Assembly: GCA_002269645.1 (NCBI GenBank)
Contig: NIVC01001159.1
Span: 38,257 to 102,256, forward strand
DNA: 64,000 bases
Origin: Macrostomum lignano
Taxonomy: Eukaryota
Direction of reading: 5' to 3'
The translations under genes and the position numbers were made by a program. The notes under the pieces were generated by a model. The model did no database searches. It was not told where the DNA came from and saw only the letters and a list, made by a program, of their open reading frames with translations. Shown here piece by piece: positions 25,385 through 37,300 of the stretch. How positions within the stretch are numbered: the stretch's first letter is position 1; every line of letters begins with the position of its first letter.

Positions 25385-28300
25385 ATGCACTACAAGATCA
25401 TTATCATTTTTTCTCTAATTGTCTTATTGACAATATGGAGTGCTACTTCAAGCTATGCAATAATTTTTACTATCAATAATAGGCACTTCTTTTCTTTTAA
25501 AGGTAATATTTAGCTACTAAAATATTGCAATGTCTTTGCCTTCAACTTTAATTTACAATTCAAGCATCATTTTAGAATTAAAAAGTCAACTGATCAATGT
25601 CACTCTTAATGGAGGCTCAATCAAGCTTGTAGCTTCAACAGCTGGCTTCTACTACCTTGGTGGATTGTAAGCATTTCATAATTTAGAGTCTAACAAATTG
25701 ATACTAAATTTATTGATTCTCTATTGACATCATTTCTCTCGCTTGTTCATGCAGCAATGCTCTGTACCGAGTCAGCTGGTCTGGCAGCAGCAATTCACCA
25801 CAGCTGGTGGCCGCAGTGGGATCTGAAACGCGGCCGGTCACTGTAAAATACCTGTACATACTTGGAGATCCAGCATCTGCAGCATTTGTCTGTTCATACA
25901 CTGCGCAACCATCGGGACTGCCTATGGTTGGAGCAACCCCTTTGTGCATTTTGTTTAATGTAACAGCTGAGTTACCATGGAAACCAGTTAATCTGACTAA
26001 TCGTCAAACATCGACTGTAAGTAAATCTAGTAGTAAATTTAATAGGGGTTGTAGCGTAGTGGCTAGAGCGTCAGACTCACAACTGAAAGGTCGGGGGTTC
26101 GATTCCCGATCCCACTGGAAGAATTCGTGTCCTTGAGCAAGACACTTAACTCTGCATTGCTTCAGTTCACCCAGCTGTAAAATGGGTGCCAGCATTAGCT
26201 GGGGTAATTGAGGCTGTGTGTGGCGACCCCCCAGTCCTTGGACTGAACAGCCTATTAGGACAGCAACAGCTGGGCAGGCATGTACATCTCTCTCTCGCAC
26301 TCTCGCAGCTCCTGACGGGATTTCTGATGCCAAACTCTCCGCACGACCCGGAGCGAGTTTCCCTTCGGCTGAACGGCTCGCACGCCTTCATCAGCAACTA
26401 TCCGCAGGTGCAGGACACCTTGGACATCATCGAGCTGCGCTGGCCTCGCTTCGATCGCATCGGCTGGCTCACCGCCGATTTTCTGTCGCGACGGAACCGG
26501 GAAGCCTGGATATCTAGGCTTGCTCAGCCGGTTGCTATGGCAACTAGAGGCGAGAAACTCTACGCGCTGTTTGTTGAGGAGGCCTTTGAAGCCAGCAATT
26601 ATTATAGCAGCGTTAGCGGGGAAGCCTTCCGCACTTCCACTGCTGTTCTCAAGGTGAGCATTAGCCCCATCTGACTGACTGAGTAGCATTAGCCCCACCT
26701 GACTGTCTGACAATCCTCCGCAAATCTAATTCCCCGCAGCTGCCGCGGTTCACCCGTCTCGCTAGGATCTGCTTAAACGACCCCGGCGGCCAGCAGCCCT
26801 ATCAGGACATGCGCATTATGACGTCATTCTTCAAGTTGCGTCTGATCTGTAGAAATGGAAGCGTGGACTACGATGTGCTGGGTGAGGGAGTGGACTGTAT
26901 CCGTTATCAATATTTATGCTTGAGTTAACAGGTAAAACTCGCACTTGACATCTCGCCTTCGACTCTCCCTTGACATCTCGCCTTAGACTCGCCCTTGGTA
27001 TCTCGCCTTAAAATATCCCTTGACATCTCGCCTTAGACTCACCCTTGACATCTCGCCCTAGAAGCGCCCTTGACACCTCGCCCTAGAAGCGTCCTTGACA
27101 CCTCGCCCGATTGATCGATATTCTTTTAATTGTATTTGTATCGCAATTAACGCTAGCACAATCACCGGGGAGCCACGAAGATGACAGGAATGGGGTCTCA
27201 CGGGGGTCCGAATAAATAGGCAGCAAACTGGAGGTTGAGAGCGCGGGATAAAGGCAGAAAAGGGCTTAGACATCAGCATAGGAAAAACATGAGCCGTACC
27301 AGCCAATCGCCGGGGCGCAGCACAGCAGAATGGGACTGGCAGCCAATCACAAACAGGGGCGGGGCAGCAAAGCTAACAAAAGAATGGGGCGGGGCGCACA
27401 CAGAGCAAGGGGGGGTTGACTAAACGGAAGAGGCCTAGGCAGGGAGGGGGGTACGCACGCGCAGAAGTGCAGGTGGGTGAGTCAGAAAATATCTGAGGAG
27501 GGGGGAGAGGACGGCCGACTGGCCCGGCGTAGCAAAGTAGCAAAGTACACACAGTCATAATAACACATTCATGACAGTATCTTGCCTTAGAATCTCCCTT
27601 GACATCTCGCCTTAGAATCGCCCTTGACATCTCGCCTTAGAATCTCCCTTGACATCTCGCCTTAGAATCTCCCTTGACATCTCGCCTTAGAATCTCCCTT
27701 GACATCTCGCCTTAGAATCTCCCTTGACATCTCGCCTTAGAATCTCCCTTGACATCTCGCCTTAGAATCGCCCTTGCCATCTCGCCCTAGAAGCGCCCTT
27801 GACATCTCGCCTTAGAATCGCCATTGACATCTCACCTTAAACTCGCCCTTGACATCTCGCCTTAAAATCGTCCCCTTACAATGACCCTTGACATCCCGCC
27901 TTAGAATTCGTCCATCTGAGTTAATGAGTCCTGAGGACGTTTCAGATTACTCTCAGGTAGACCTGCTTCTAGTTGTTACTTTTTCAGACTCTTGTTTTTT
28001 ATGTCAGACAGGCAGTGCGCTGTGGGGGGGGGGGTCTCAGCCCATACCCGGGTTGTAAATATTGATTAATAATAATGTGCTTCCCTATCCTGGCACGGCA
28101 GGATATTTAGTTATGTGGAGAAAGGGGAGCAGTTTTCCACCCAAGCTGGGCTGTTAGGGTGCATATTTTAGCACTGTTTCATGCTCTGCTCCCCACCCGG
28201 TCTCTCCCTCCCTCTCGGTGCAGTCCCAGTGCAAGCTATTCAACGCCAAGGCGCCACTTCCTGACCATTATGCGAAAGATTAAGTTCCTTGGTTTATTAG

Positions 28301-31300
28301 AAATCTAGCAAGTCTGTAGAAGTGCTTTGAAATTGCTTTACAGAAATTTTAGATCTCTCTTCTTCTGCCTTTCTCCCTGCCTGAGGTAACAAGTTACAAG
28401 TTACAAGCCAATTGACAACCGCCTTAGCAACCACAAGTTAGGAATTACGTAATCATAAACTCTCAAATCTGTCTTCACAATTCCAAAAGCCTTTCAAAGC
28501 GCCTGTCAACAAATTTCTCATATTGATGAAACACAAAGTGTCCATGGCTTCCTGTAGCAGAATGTGAAAAGCTTGTTTTGTGTCTGTCTGCATTTCGGCT
28601 GTTTCGGCTGTCGGTTGGCTGTTGTCGCTGACCTCAACTGACCTCAATGCAGCAGCTGCCGCTTCTTCCATTATCGGCATTTTGTGATCTGCGCACAGAT
28701 TGCAATGGTGTTGCTTTTTCTGGCCAGATGTTTGGGGGGAAGCAAAGGAAAACTTTGTTTGGCAGGAAATCTTCCTGCTTTCTGAAATCTTTCTGGCAGG
28801 AGGTCTTCTCCCCCTCCCGCTCTATCTATATCTAATCTCATCTCTCTGTCTTCTCCCCCTCCCACTCTATCTATATCTAATCTCATCTCTCTGTCTTCTC
28901 CCCTCCCGCTCTATCTATATCTAATCTCATCTCTCTGTCTTCTCCCCCTCCCGCTCTATCTATATCTAATCTCATCTCTCTGTCTTCTCCCCTCCCGCTC
29001 TATCTATATCTAATCTCACTTCCCTCTCTTCTCCCCTCCCACTCTATCTATATCTAATGTCACGTCACTCTCTTCTCCCCTCCCACTCTAGCTATATCTA
29101 ATCTCATCTCTCTGTCTTCTCCCCCTCCCGCTCTATCTATATCTAATCTCATCTCTCTGTCTTCTCCCCCTCCCGCTCTATCTATATCTAATCTCATCTC
29201 TCTGTCTTCTCCCCCTCCCGCTCTATCTATATCTAATCTCATCTCTCTGTCTTCTCCCCCTCCCGCTCTATCTATATCTAATGTCACGTCACTCTCTTCT
29301 CCCCTCCCACTCTATCTATATCTAATGTCACGTCACTCTCTTCTCCCCTCCCACTCTAGCTATATCTAATGTCACGTCACTCTCTTCTCCCCTCCCACTC
29401 TAGCTATATCTAATCTCACTTCCCTCTCCCACTTCAAATCCATCTAATCCAATTAATTCAAGATACTTCAAGAACCCCGAATTTTCTACTGCCAACTGTG
29501 TGCCAAGCGATATCAAACTCTTCTTTATAAGATAATGATTTTGATGAAGCATTTCATTCATTAGCAACAAGGCATGAGCTGTCCGTCTTTGGTAGGGGCG
29601 GGGGTCATTTCAGGTAGTTTTTCCTGCCAGACTGATTAACCGCGCGCTCTGAAAAGATAAGCCGAATCATGCTGCACCCAAGCCTGCCCCTCGGGCTGTT
29701 ACAGCCGGTTCAAATATCAGCAGATCGATATGATCAAGTTGGAATTGCTTTTACATGTTGAATCACCCCAGCCCACCTTGAGGGGGGTATTTTCCTCGAA
29801 TGTGGATGATGATGATGCTGGAGGCAGGCCGTTTTCGTTTGATTGGGGGCTCGCCGCCCTCCACATCGATAAGAGTTGCTGGGCCTGATGCGAAGGTAGG
29901 TACTGTATATTGATGGGGCTTTGGCTGGCGGATTCTGCACAGTTAGATACGCTTAATCTTGCTGTTTCTTGATTAATATGCCCCGAAAAACTGCCGAACT
30001 GGGAGGGATTGCAAACTTACCTCGGAGGTTTGTAGCAGTTTTTTATTGCTTTCTGAACTGCAGCTCTGCGATGCTTTCAGAAGAAGCAGCAGAAAACCAG
30101 AAATCTTTCCGGACCCCAAGCTTGTGACGTATGAGCTTGTGACTTATGAGATTGTGACTTTATGAGCTTGTGACTTTATGAGCTTGTGGTTTTATGAGCT
30201 TGTGACTTTATGAGCTTGTGACTTTATGAGCTTGTGACTTTATGAGCTTGTGACTTTATGAGCTTGTGACTTTATGATCCTGTGACTTTATGAGCTTGTG
30301 ACTTTATGAGCTTGTGACTTTATGATCCTGTGACTTTATGAGCTTGTGACTTTATGATCTTGTGACTTTATGAGCTTGTGACTTTATGATCCTGTGACTT
30401 TATGAGCTTGTGACTTTATGAGCTTGTGACTTTATGAGCTTGTGACTTTATGATCCTGTGACTTTATGAGCTTGTGACTTTATGATCTTGTGACTTTATG
30501 AGCTTGTGACTTTATGATCCTGTGACTTTATGAGCTTGTGACTTTATGAGCTTGTGACTTTATGAGCTTGTGACTTTATGAGCTTGTGACTTTATGAGCT
30601 TGTGACTTTATGATCCTGTGACTTTATGAGCTTGTGACTTTATGAGCTTGTGACTTTATGATCCTGTGACTTTATGAGCTTGTGACTTTATGATCTTGTG
30701 ACTTTATGAGCTTGTGACTTTATGATCCTGTGACTTTATGAGCTTGTGACTTTATGAGCTTGTGACTTTATGAGCTTGTGACTTTATGAGCTTGTGACTT
30801 TATGAGCTTGTGACTTTATGAGCTTGTGACTTTATGAGCTTGTGACTTATGAGCTTGTGACTTATGAGCTTGTGACTTTATGAGCTTGTGACTTTATGAG
30901 CTTGTGACTTTATGAGCTTGTGACTTTATGAGCTTGTGACTTTATGAGCTTGTGACTTTATGAGCTTGTGACTTTATGATCCTGTGACTTTATGAGCTTG
31001 TGACTTTATGATCCTGTGACTTTATGAGCTTGTGACTTTATGATCTTGTGACTTTATGAGCTTGTGACTTTATGATCTTGTGACTTTATGAGCTTGTGAC
31101 TTTATGATCCTGTGACTTTATGAGCTTGTGACTTTATGAGCTTGTGACTTTATGATCCTGTGACTTTATGAGCTTGTGACTTTATGATCCTGTGACTTTA
31201 TGAGCTTGTGACTTTATGATCCTGTGACTTTATGAGCTTGTGGTTTTATGAGCTTGTGACTTTATGAGCTTGTGACTTTATGAGCTTGTGACTTTATGAG

Positions 31301-34300
31301 CTTGTGACTTTATGATCCTGTGACTTTATGAGCTTGTGACTTTATGAGCTTGTGACTTTATGATCCTGTGACTTTATGAGCTTGTGACTTTATGATCTTG
31401 TGACTTTATGAGCTTGTGACTTTATGATCCTGTGACTTTATGAGCTTGTGACTTTATGAGCTTGTGACTTTATGAGCTTGTGACTTTATGAGCTTGTGAC
31501 TTTATGAGCTTGTGACTTTATGAGCTTGTGACTTATGAGCTTGTGACTTATGAGCTTGTGACTTTATGAGCTTGTGACTTTATGAGCTTGTGACTTTATG
31601 AGCTTGTGACTTTATGAGCTTGTGACTTTATGAGCTTGTGACTTTATGAGCTTGTGACTTTATGATCCTGTGACTTTATGAGCTTGTGACTTTATGATCC
31701 TGTGACTTTATGAGCTTGTGACTTTATGATCTTGTGACTTTATGAACTTGTGACTTTATGATCTTGTGACTTTATGAGCTTGTGACTTTATGAGCTTGTG
31801 ACTTTATGAGCTTGTGACTTTATGAGCTTGTGACTTTATGATCTTGTGACTTTATGAGCTTGTGACTTTATGAGCTTGTGACTTTATGATCTTGTGACTT
31901 TATGATCTTGTGACTTTATGATCTTGTGACTTTATGAGCTTGTGACTTTATGAGCTTGTGACTTTATGAGCTTGTGACTTTATGATCTTGTGACTTTATG
32001 AGCTTGTGACTTTATGAGCTTGTGACTTTATGATCTTGTGACTTTATGATCTTGTGACTTTATGATCTTGTGACTTTATGATCCTGTGACTTTATGAGCT
32101 TGTGGCTTTATGATCTTGTGACTTTATGATCTTGTGACTTTATGATCCTGTGACTTTATGAGCTTGTGACTTTATGAGCTTGTGGCTTTATGATCTTGTG
32201 ACTTTATGAGCTTGTAACTCTATGATCTTGTGACTTTATGATATTGTGACTATATGAGCTTGTGACTTCATAAGATTGTAATTCAATCATTATACTGAAC
32301 TTTTAGCTTCACAATTTCAAAGATTCGCCAGCTTAAAACTGTACGAACCTGAAACTTTACGCATTTTTTATTATTCAAATAATCTTTCTCGCAGCAGCTC
32401 GACTATTATTAAGCAATCTTTCTTTCAGGTGCTGGTTTCTCTGCATTCAAAGCAAATTTTATAGCTGTCTACCTTATGTGTGTCTCACGGTCCAATTTAT
32501 TGTTTTTCTCGTCTTTGGAAGGCAAAAATGTGAAGTGCGCTGTTGACCTGCTCAAATAAATAACTTGAATAAATAAAAGCCACAGTTTTATCATTTGCAG
32601 GTGCAGCCCTCTTATAGCCGCCTTTTAATTAAGTTGCGTATAGAACTTATGCAACATTATTGCATAATTTTCTCTTAGATAAACTTCAGATGAATCTACA
32701 ATGTTTAAATGCGTTTAATTTAACTGCAATGAATGTCTGTAGCTTTAAAAAGTTCGTGAAATATTCCATTATAAATTATTTAACTGTAGGCTATATGATC
32801 TCTGTTCATCTCTCTCTCTACCTCTCAGCCTATCTACGAGTATGATTTCTCAATCTACCTCTCAGCCTATCTATGATTTCTCAATCTACCTCTAAGCCTA
32901 TCTATGATTTCTCAATCTACCTCTCAGCCTATCTATGATTTATCAATCTACTCTCAGCCTATCTATGATTTCTCAATCTACTCTCAGCCTATCTATGATT
33001 TCTCAATCTACCTCTCAGCCTATCTATGATTTATCAATCTACTCTCAGCCTATCTATGATTTCTCAATCTACTCTCAGCCTATCTATGATTTCTCAATCT
33101 ACCTCTCAGCCTATCTATGATTTCTCAATCTACCTCTCAGCCTATCTATGATTTCTCATTCTACCTCTCAGCCTATGATTTCTCAATCTACTCTCAGCCT
33201 ATCTATGATTTCTCAATCTACCTCTCAGCCTATCTATGATTTCTCATTCTACCTCTCAGCCTATGATTTCTCAATCTACTCTCAGCCTATCTATGATTTC
33301 TCAATCTACTCTCAGCCTATCTATGATTTCTCAATCTACCTCTCAGCCTATCTATGATTTCTCAGTCTACCCTCAGCCTCTCTATGATTTCTCAATCTAC
33401 TCTCAGCCTCTCTATGATTTCTCAGTCTACCTCTCAGCCTATCTATGATTTCTCACTCTACTTCTCAGCCTCTACCCAACTCTCACTACCTCAATCTCTA
33501 TCCATCTCACTCTACCTCCCAGCCGCTACCCAACTCACACTAACTCTACTTCTCACCCTCTACCCATCTCTCGCTCTACCTCTCATTCTTAACCCATAGT
33601 CTCACTCAGCCTAGCATTTTATTGATATCTACGCTCGTAGCCGTTTCCCGGTCGCTGATTGCTTATCTGCATTTCAAACTGCATTGCTTAGTCTCCCCTG
33701 CAGCTAATCCACTGTTTAGCATTAATCCCACCAGTGCAGCCCGGCAATCCCCAACGGAAAGGCAAATCTCAGCTTTAACAATGTCTGATCCTATTTAACT
33801 GGCAGTTTCTCCATCACTGTGCCTCATCTATCACCTTTGGGCAACTGCCTGCCTCTGGGATTTTGCACCTCGCGCTGCCTTCCACCAAGCCTTTTTTTAG
33901 ACTCCGATATGCGCGCTGACGTTGGTTCGCATTCTGGGGCGGGATTTTATTCCCCTAATTCCCTTGCCTGGCCCTCTTAGCTCAGTCTGACGCCTCGCCT
34001 GCCTCTTTCCTCCTTATCTACTGCCCTGGCAGCTGACTGGGAGAGGATTCTGGGCGCCCGCCATCTCTCTCTCGCCTTGGTGACTTCCATGCCCACTATG
34101 GAGGCTGTATACTATTTTTTCCTCTTTCCCAATCGGCGATGTACTTTTGTAGAAGCCCAGTTTTCTAAGGCTCCGATGGTGCGCGCTTTGTTGGTTTCTG
34201 GCTTCTGCCTTTCGAAACTTATTATATTGTGCTGCTTGCAGGATGAAGTAAGCTGGATGATAGACGGTGTTTATCCATGAAGCTGGGGCTCTGCAGTCTC

Positions 34301-37300
34301 CAGTTACACGACTGTTCCATTTTCGGCTGCTTAAACTGGGGCATCGAGCTGATTTCTAAGAAATATTTTCAAGGCCCTTTTTAGCCTTTTTTAGTTTGAA
34401 CACAGGTGACTGCTGAGGGAACATGCAGTCTCACTAAATTCTGTTCATTTAATTGGAATTTTCTCTTAAATAATTATCTCAGTATTGAACATCTCCAATC
34501 CCAAATGTCTACAGCCTGTATTGGAGTCTCCTATCCTTTCTAGGAATCACCCAGTTCCATTCCAGGAATCACCCAGTTTTATTCCAGGAATCACCCAATT
34601 CCATTCCAGGAATCACACAGTTTTATTCCAGGAATCACCCAGTTTTATTCCAGGAATCACCCAGTTCCGTTCCAGGAATCACCCAGTTCCATTCCAGGAA
34701 TCACCCAGTTCCATTCCAGGAATCACCCAGTTCCATTCCAGGAATACCCCAGTTCCATTCCAGGAATAACCCAATTCCATTCCAGGAATGCCCGAATTCC
34801 ATTCCAGGATTCCTGGAATTCCTGGAATTTCTGGAATTCCTGGAATCTTATTCTTTCTGGTAACTCCGCCTGCCCCAGATTAATACTCTCTTAATCTCCA
34901 TCCCCATTGTGCAGAGCGCGTCACGGAAGTGTCCCAATCAGAGCCGGGCACTTTCTACGGCCTGTTCTCCCTGCAGAACTCGCCGTCGCCCGCCGGTCAC
35001 CGCGCCCTCTGCCGGTTCACCCTGGCGGAGGCGGAGGCCCTGATCGGCAGCTCAAACTTCATCCAGCTGGAGCAGTCGGGCCTGCTGTCCTACACTGCCA
35101 AGCGGCTGTCCCGAGCCGCCTATGCCGCAGCCTCCGGCCGGCCTCGGCCCACCCTGTGCGAGTGGACTCCCGAGGAGGCCAGGCAGTTGAAGCTGAGCAA
35201 TCTCAAAGTTGAGCACACGGCACCGCTGATGGCCAGGCCGCTGATATCCAACAGTTTGGTCACCTTTGACGCCGCGCCGATCGGCCAAGGCGGAGTCGCT
35301 TCGCTGGGCCGGGTGGCGGAGACCGAGCAGGGAGATGTGCTGGCAGTTGGGACAGGTGCGGCTGGGTGGCATCTGCTTGTTGCTATGCGAGATCTGCTTG
35401 TTTCTATGCGGGATCTGATAGTTGCTATGTGGGATCTGGTAGTTGCTATGTGGGATATGGTAGTTGCTATGTGGGATATGGTATCTGCTATGCGGGATCT
35501 GGTATTTGCTATGGAGGATCTGGTAGTTGCTATGCGGGATCTGGTAGTTGCTATGCCGGATCTGATAGTTGCTATGCGGGATCTGCTGGATTCTATGCGA
35601 GATGTAGTAGTTGCTATGCGAGATGTAGTAGTTGCTATGCGAGATGTAATAGTTGCTATGCGAGATGTAATAGTTGCTATGCGAGATGTAGTAGTTGCTA
35701 TGCGAGTTGTAGTAGTTGCTATGCTAGATTTAGTAGTTGCTATGCGAGATGCGGTAAATGCTAAACTGGATCTGGTTTTTGCTAGGCTGAGGGTCCGATA
35801 TTTCTTTGTGTAAAATGTAAGTTTCTCTGCAGAATTACTGTTTGGAACAATCGGTACAAGGCGATATTCGGTTCTGTTTAATGACACAGTACCGCCCACG
35901 TATTTTTTGGGTCTGAACTGCTACTTCAGGCAAAAAGCAATCGCTAGACAGTTTAGATCAAAAAGATCAATGCTAACTTATTCATATCTTCTGCTATTTA
36001 ACTCTCAGTTATCTATATAGTTGTGCCATGCCTGAGGCGCGTGGGCGAACAAAAGTATCTGTTTTGCGTGGCTTTTTTACAGGGAGGATGCGGGGGAGTG
36101 ACGACACTCGGATGGCGCAGTGCAGGCTACAGTTGAGGCCTGAGAGATCGAATGACTGCTTGCTTGGGTCTGGCTTGCTTCTTTCTGCTTGGCTGCGTCC
36201 TTGCTTTTTTGCGCACAGCTTGTCACAGTGTGCGACTGTCTCTCTCCCTGAGCTTCTCTCAGTCTCTCTGAGTTTCTCTCAGTCTCTCTGAGTGTCTCTC
36301 AGTCTCTCTGAGTGTCTCTCAGTCTCTCCGAGTTTCTCTCAGTCTCTCTGAGTGTCTCTCAGTCTCTCTGAGTGTCTCTCAGTCTCTCCGAGTTTCTCTC
36401 AGTCTCTCTGAGTGTCTCTCAGTCTCTCTGAGTGTCTCTCAGTCTCTCCGAGTTTCTCTCAGTCTCTCCGAGTTTCTCTCAGTCTCTCTGAGTGTCTCTC
36501 AGTCTCTCTGAGTGTCTCTCAGTCTCTCTGAGTGTCTCTCAGTCTCTCTGAGTGTCTCTCAGTCTCTCTGAGTGTCTCTCAGTCTCTCTGAGTGTCTCTC
36601 AGTCTCTCAGATTTTCTCTCCGTCTCTCCGAGTTTCTCTCAGTCTCTCCGAGTTTCTCTCAGTCTCTCTGAGTGTCTCTCAGTCTCTCTGAGTGTCTCTC
36701 AGTCTCTCTGAGTGTCTCTCAGTCTCTCTGAGTGTCTCTCAGTCTCTCTGAGTGTCTCTCAGTCTCTCTGAGTGTCTCTCAGTCTCTCTGAGTGTCTCTC
36801 AGTCTCTCTGAGTGTCTCTCAGTCTCTCTGAGTGTCTCTCAGTCTCTCTGAGTGTCTCTCAGTCTCTCTGAGTGTCTCTCAGTCTCTCTGAGTGTCTCTC
36901 AGTCTCTCAGATTTTCTCTCCGTCTCTCCGAGTTTCTCTCAGTCTCTCCGAGTTTCTCTCAGTCTCTCTGAGTGTCTCTCAGTCTCTCTGAGTGTCTCTC
37001 AGTCTCTCAGATTTTCTCTCCGTCTCTCTGAGTTTCTCTCCGTCTCTCTGAGTTTCTCCCAGTCTCTGAGTTTCTCTCAGTCTCTCCGAGTTTCTCTCAG
37101 TCTCTCTGAGTTTCTCTCAGTCTCTCTGAGTGTCTCTCAGTCTCTCAGAGTTTCTCTCCGTCTCTCTGAGTTTCTCTCCGTTTCTCTGAGTTTCTCTCCG
37201 TCTCTCAGAGTTTCTCTTAGTCTCTAAGTTTTTCTCAGTCTCAAAAATGCATCATGTTTATTTTTGTTTTGTCATAATGATTCGTCTCAAACTATTCTTC

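Noticed and set aside
26045-26116. Functional tRNA-Val gene
   Set aside because: T-stem and anticodon stem are mispaired, and it continues into a SINE body found in three copies.
27918-27945. Hammerhead-like TAATGAGTCCTGAGGACGTTTC
   Set aside because: It lacks the CTGATGA and GAAA core in the correct order on either strand.
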